From a virus (Duplodnaviria > Caudoviricetes), in the IMG/VR virus record IMGVR_UViG_3300032247_001291, positions 1 through 57,095 of that record: a stretch of 57,095 bases of DNA; one strand, given 5' to 3'. The position numbers and the translations under genes are program-made. Within the stretch, counting starts at the first letter, position 1. Every line of letters starts with the position of its first letter. Positions 56,933-57,095 of this stretch are shown here, in pieces. The notes under the pieces are model-generated. The model worked only from the letters and a program-made list of their open reading frames with translations. It was not told the DNA's origin and ran no database searches.

Positions 56933-57095
56933 GATCTTCTACATTTTCTTTCAAACGATAATCAGACCAATAAGGTGAAAAGTATGGTGGTGGGAAATAT
57001 GGTCCAAAGCTAGGTGGGAAGAACGGTGGGAAGAACGGTGGGAAGAACGGTGGGAAGAACGGTGGGAAGAACGGTGGGAAGAACGGTGGGAAGAA
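56904..57095 (-). CDS. C-terminus of a Pro/Phe-repeat protein (5' part outside the window)
   Basis: Hand-translated (FFPP)7-SFGPYFPPPYFSPYWSDYRLKENVEDHEQDNKKDE-stop. Confidence 0.85.
   Translation of the reverse strand, partial: FFPPFFPPFFPPFFPPFFPPFFPPFFPPSFGPYFPPPYFSPYWSDYRLKENVEDHEQDNKKDE
56925..57003. repeat. 79-bp exact direct repeat, copy 2
   Basis: Identical to 20860-20938. Confidence 0.95.
57013..57095. repeat. 12-bp tandem repeat GGTGGGAAGAAC, at least 7 copies
   Basis: Perfect units up to the window edge; encodes FFPP on the minus strand. Confidence 0.95.

Noticed and set aside
20860-57003. Diversity-generating retroelement TR/VR pair
   Set aside because: The copies are identical with no adenine-specific mismatches, and no reverse transcriptase is in the window.
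20860-57003. attL/attR sites or genome terminal repeat
   Set aside because: Phage genes continue on both sides, the repeat lies within coding sequence, and no integrase is seen. An assembly artefact cannot be fully excluded.
57013-57095. CRISPR array
   Set aside because: The 12-bp units are contiguous with no spacers; this is a coding tandem repeat.
1-57095. tRNA or other structured RNA genes
   Set aside because: Intergenic gaps are short and I saw no cloverleaf or T-loop pattern; a tRNAscan/Infernal run is needed to be certain.

Overview
This window is a 57-kb segment of a large tailed (sipho-type) phage genome. Almost every gene lies on the minus strand. Gene content and order are: portal, protease/scaffold, capsid, neck, tail, tape measure, then DnaB, DnaG, SSB, DnaE, RecA, Cas4-like, RuvC-like and terminase. 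From memory this resembles large actinobacteriophages such as the Streptomyces BE/BK-type phages and their AT-rich freshwater relatives; that placement is inference and was not searched. The left end (1-3.9 kb) holds signal-peptide proteins and a CHAP endolysin. The right end (47-57 kb) is a visibly AT-richer island with seven prolyl-4-hydroxylase-like 2OG-Fe(II) oxygenases, an APS kinase/nucleotidyltransferase fusion, a sulfotransferase, two apparently degenerate enzymes and a free-standing peptidase S74 chaperone body. The strongest signal is an exact 79-bp repeat at 20860-20938 and 56925-57003. It gives two different Pro-rich proteins the same C-terminal tag, PYFPPPYFSPYW-SDYRLKENVEDHEQ, which carries only the Ser-Lys autocleavage motif of an S74 chaperone. 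The rest of the S74 domain is a separate ORF present once. Both tagged genes sit directly upstream of modification genes, suggesting a phage system that hydroxylates, sulfates and processes Pro-rich virion proteins. All calls rest on motif recognition by eye; no database searches were run.
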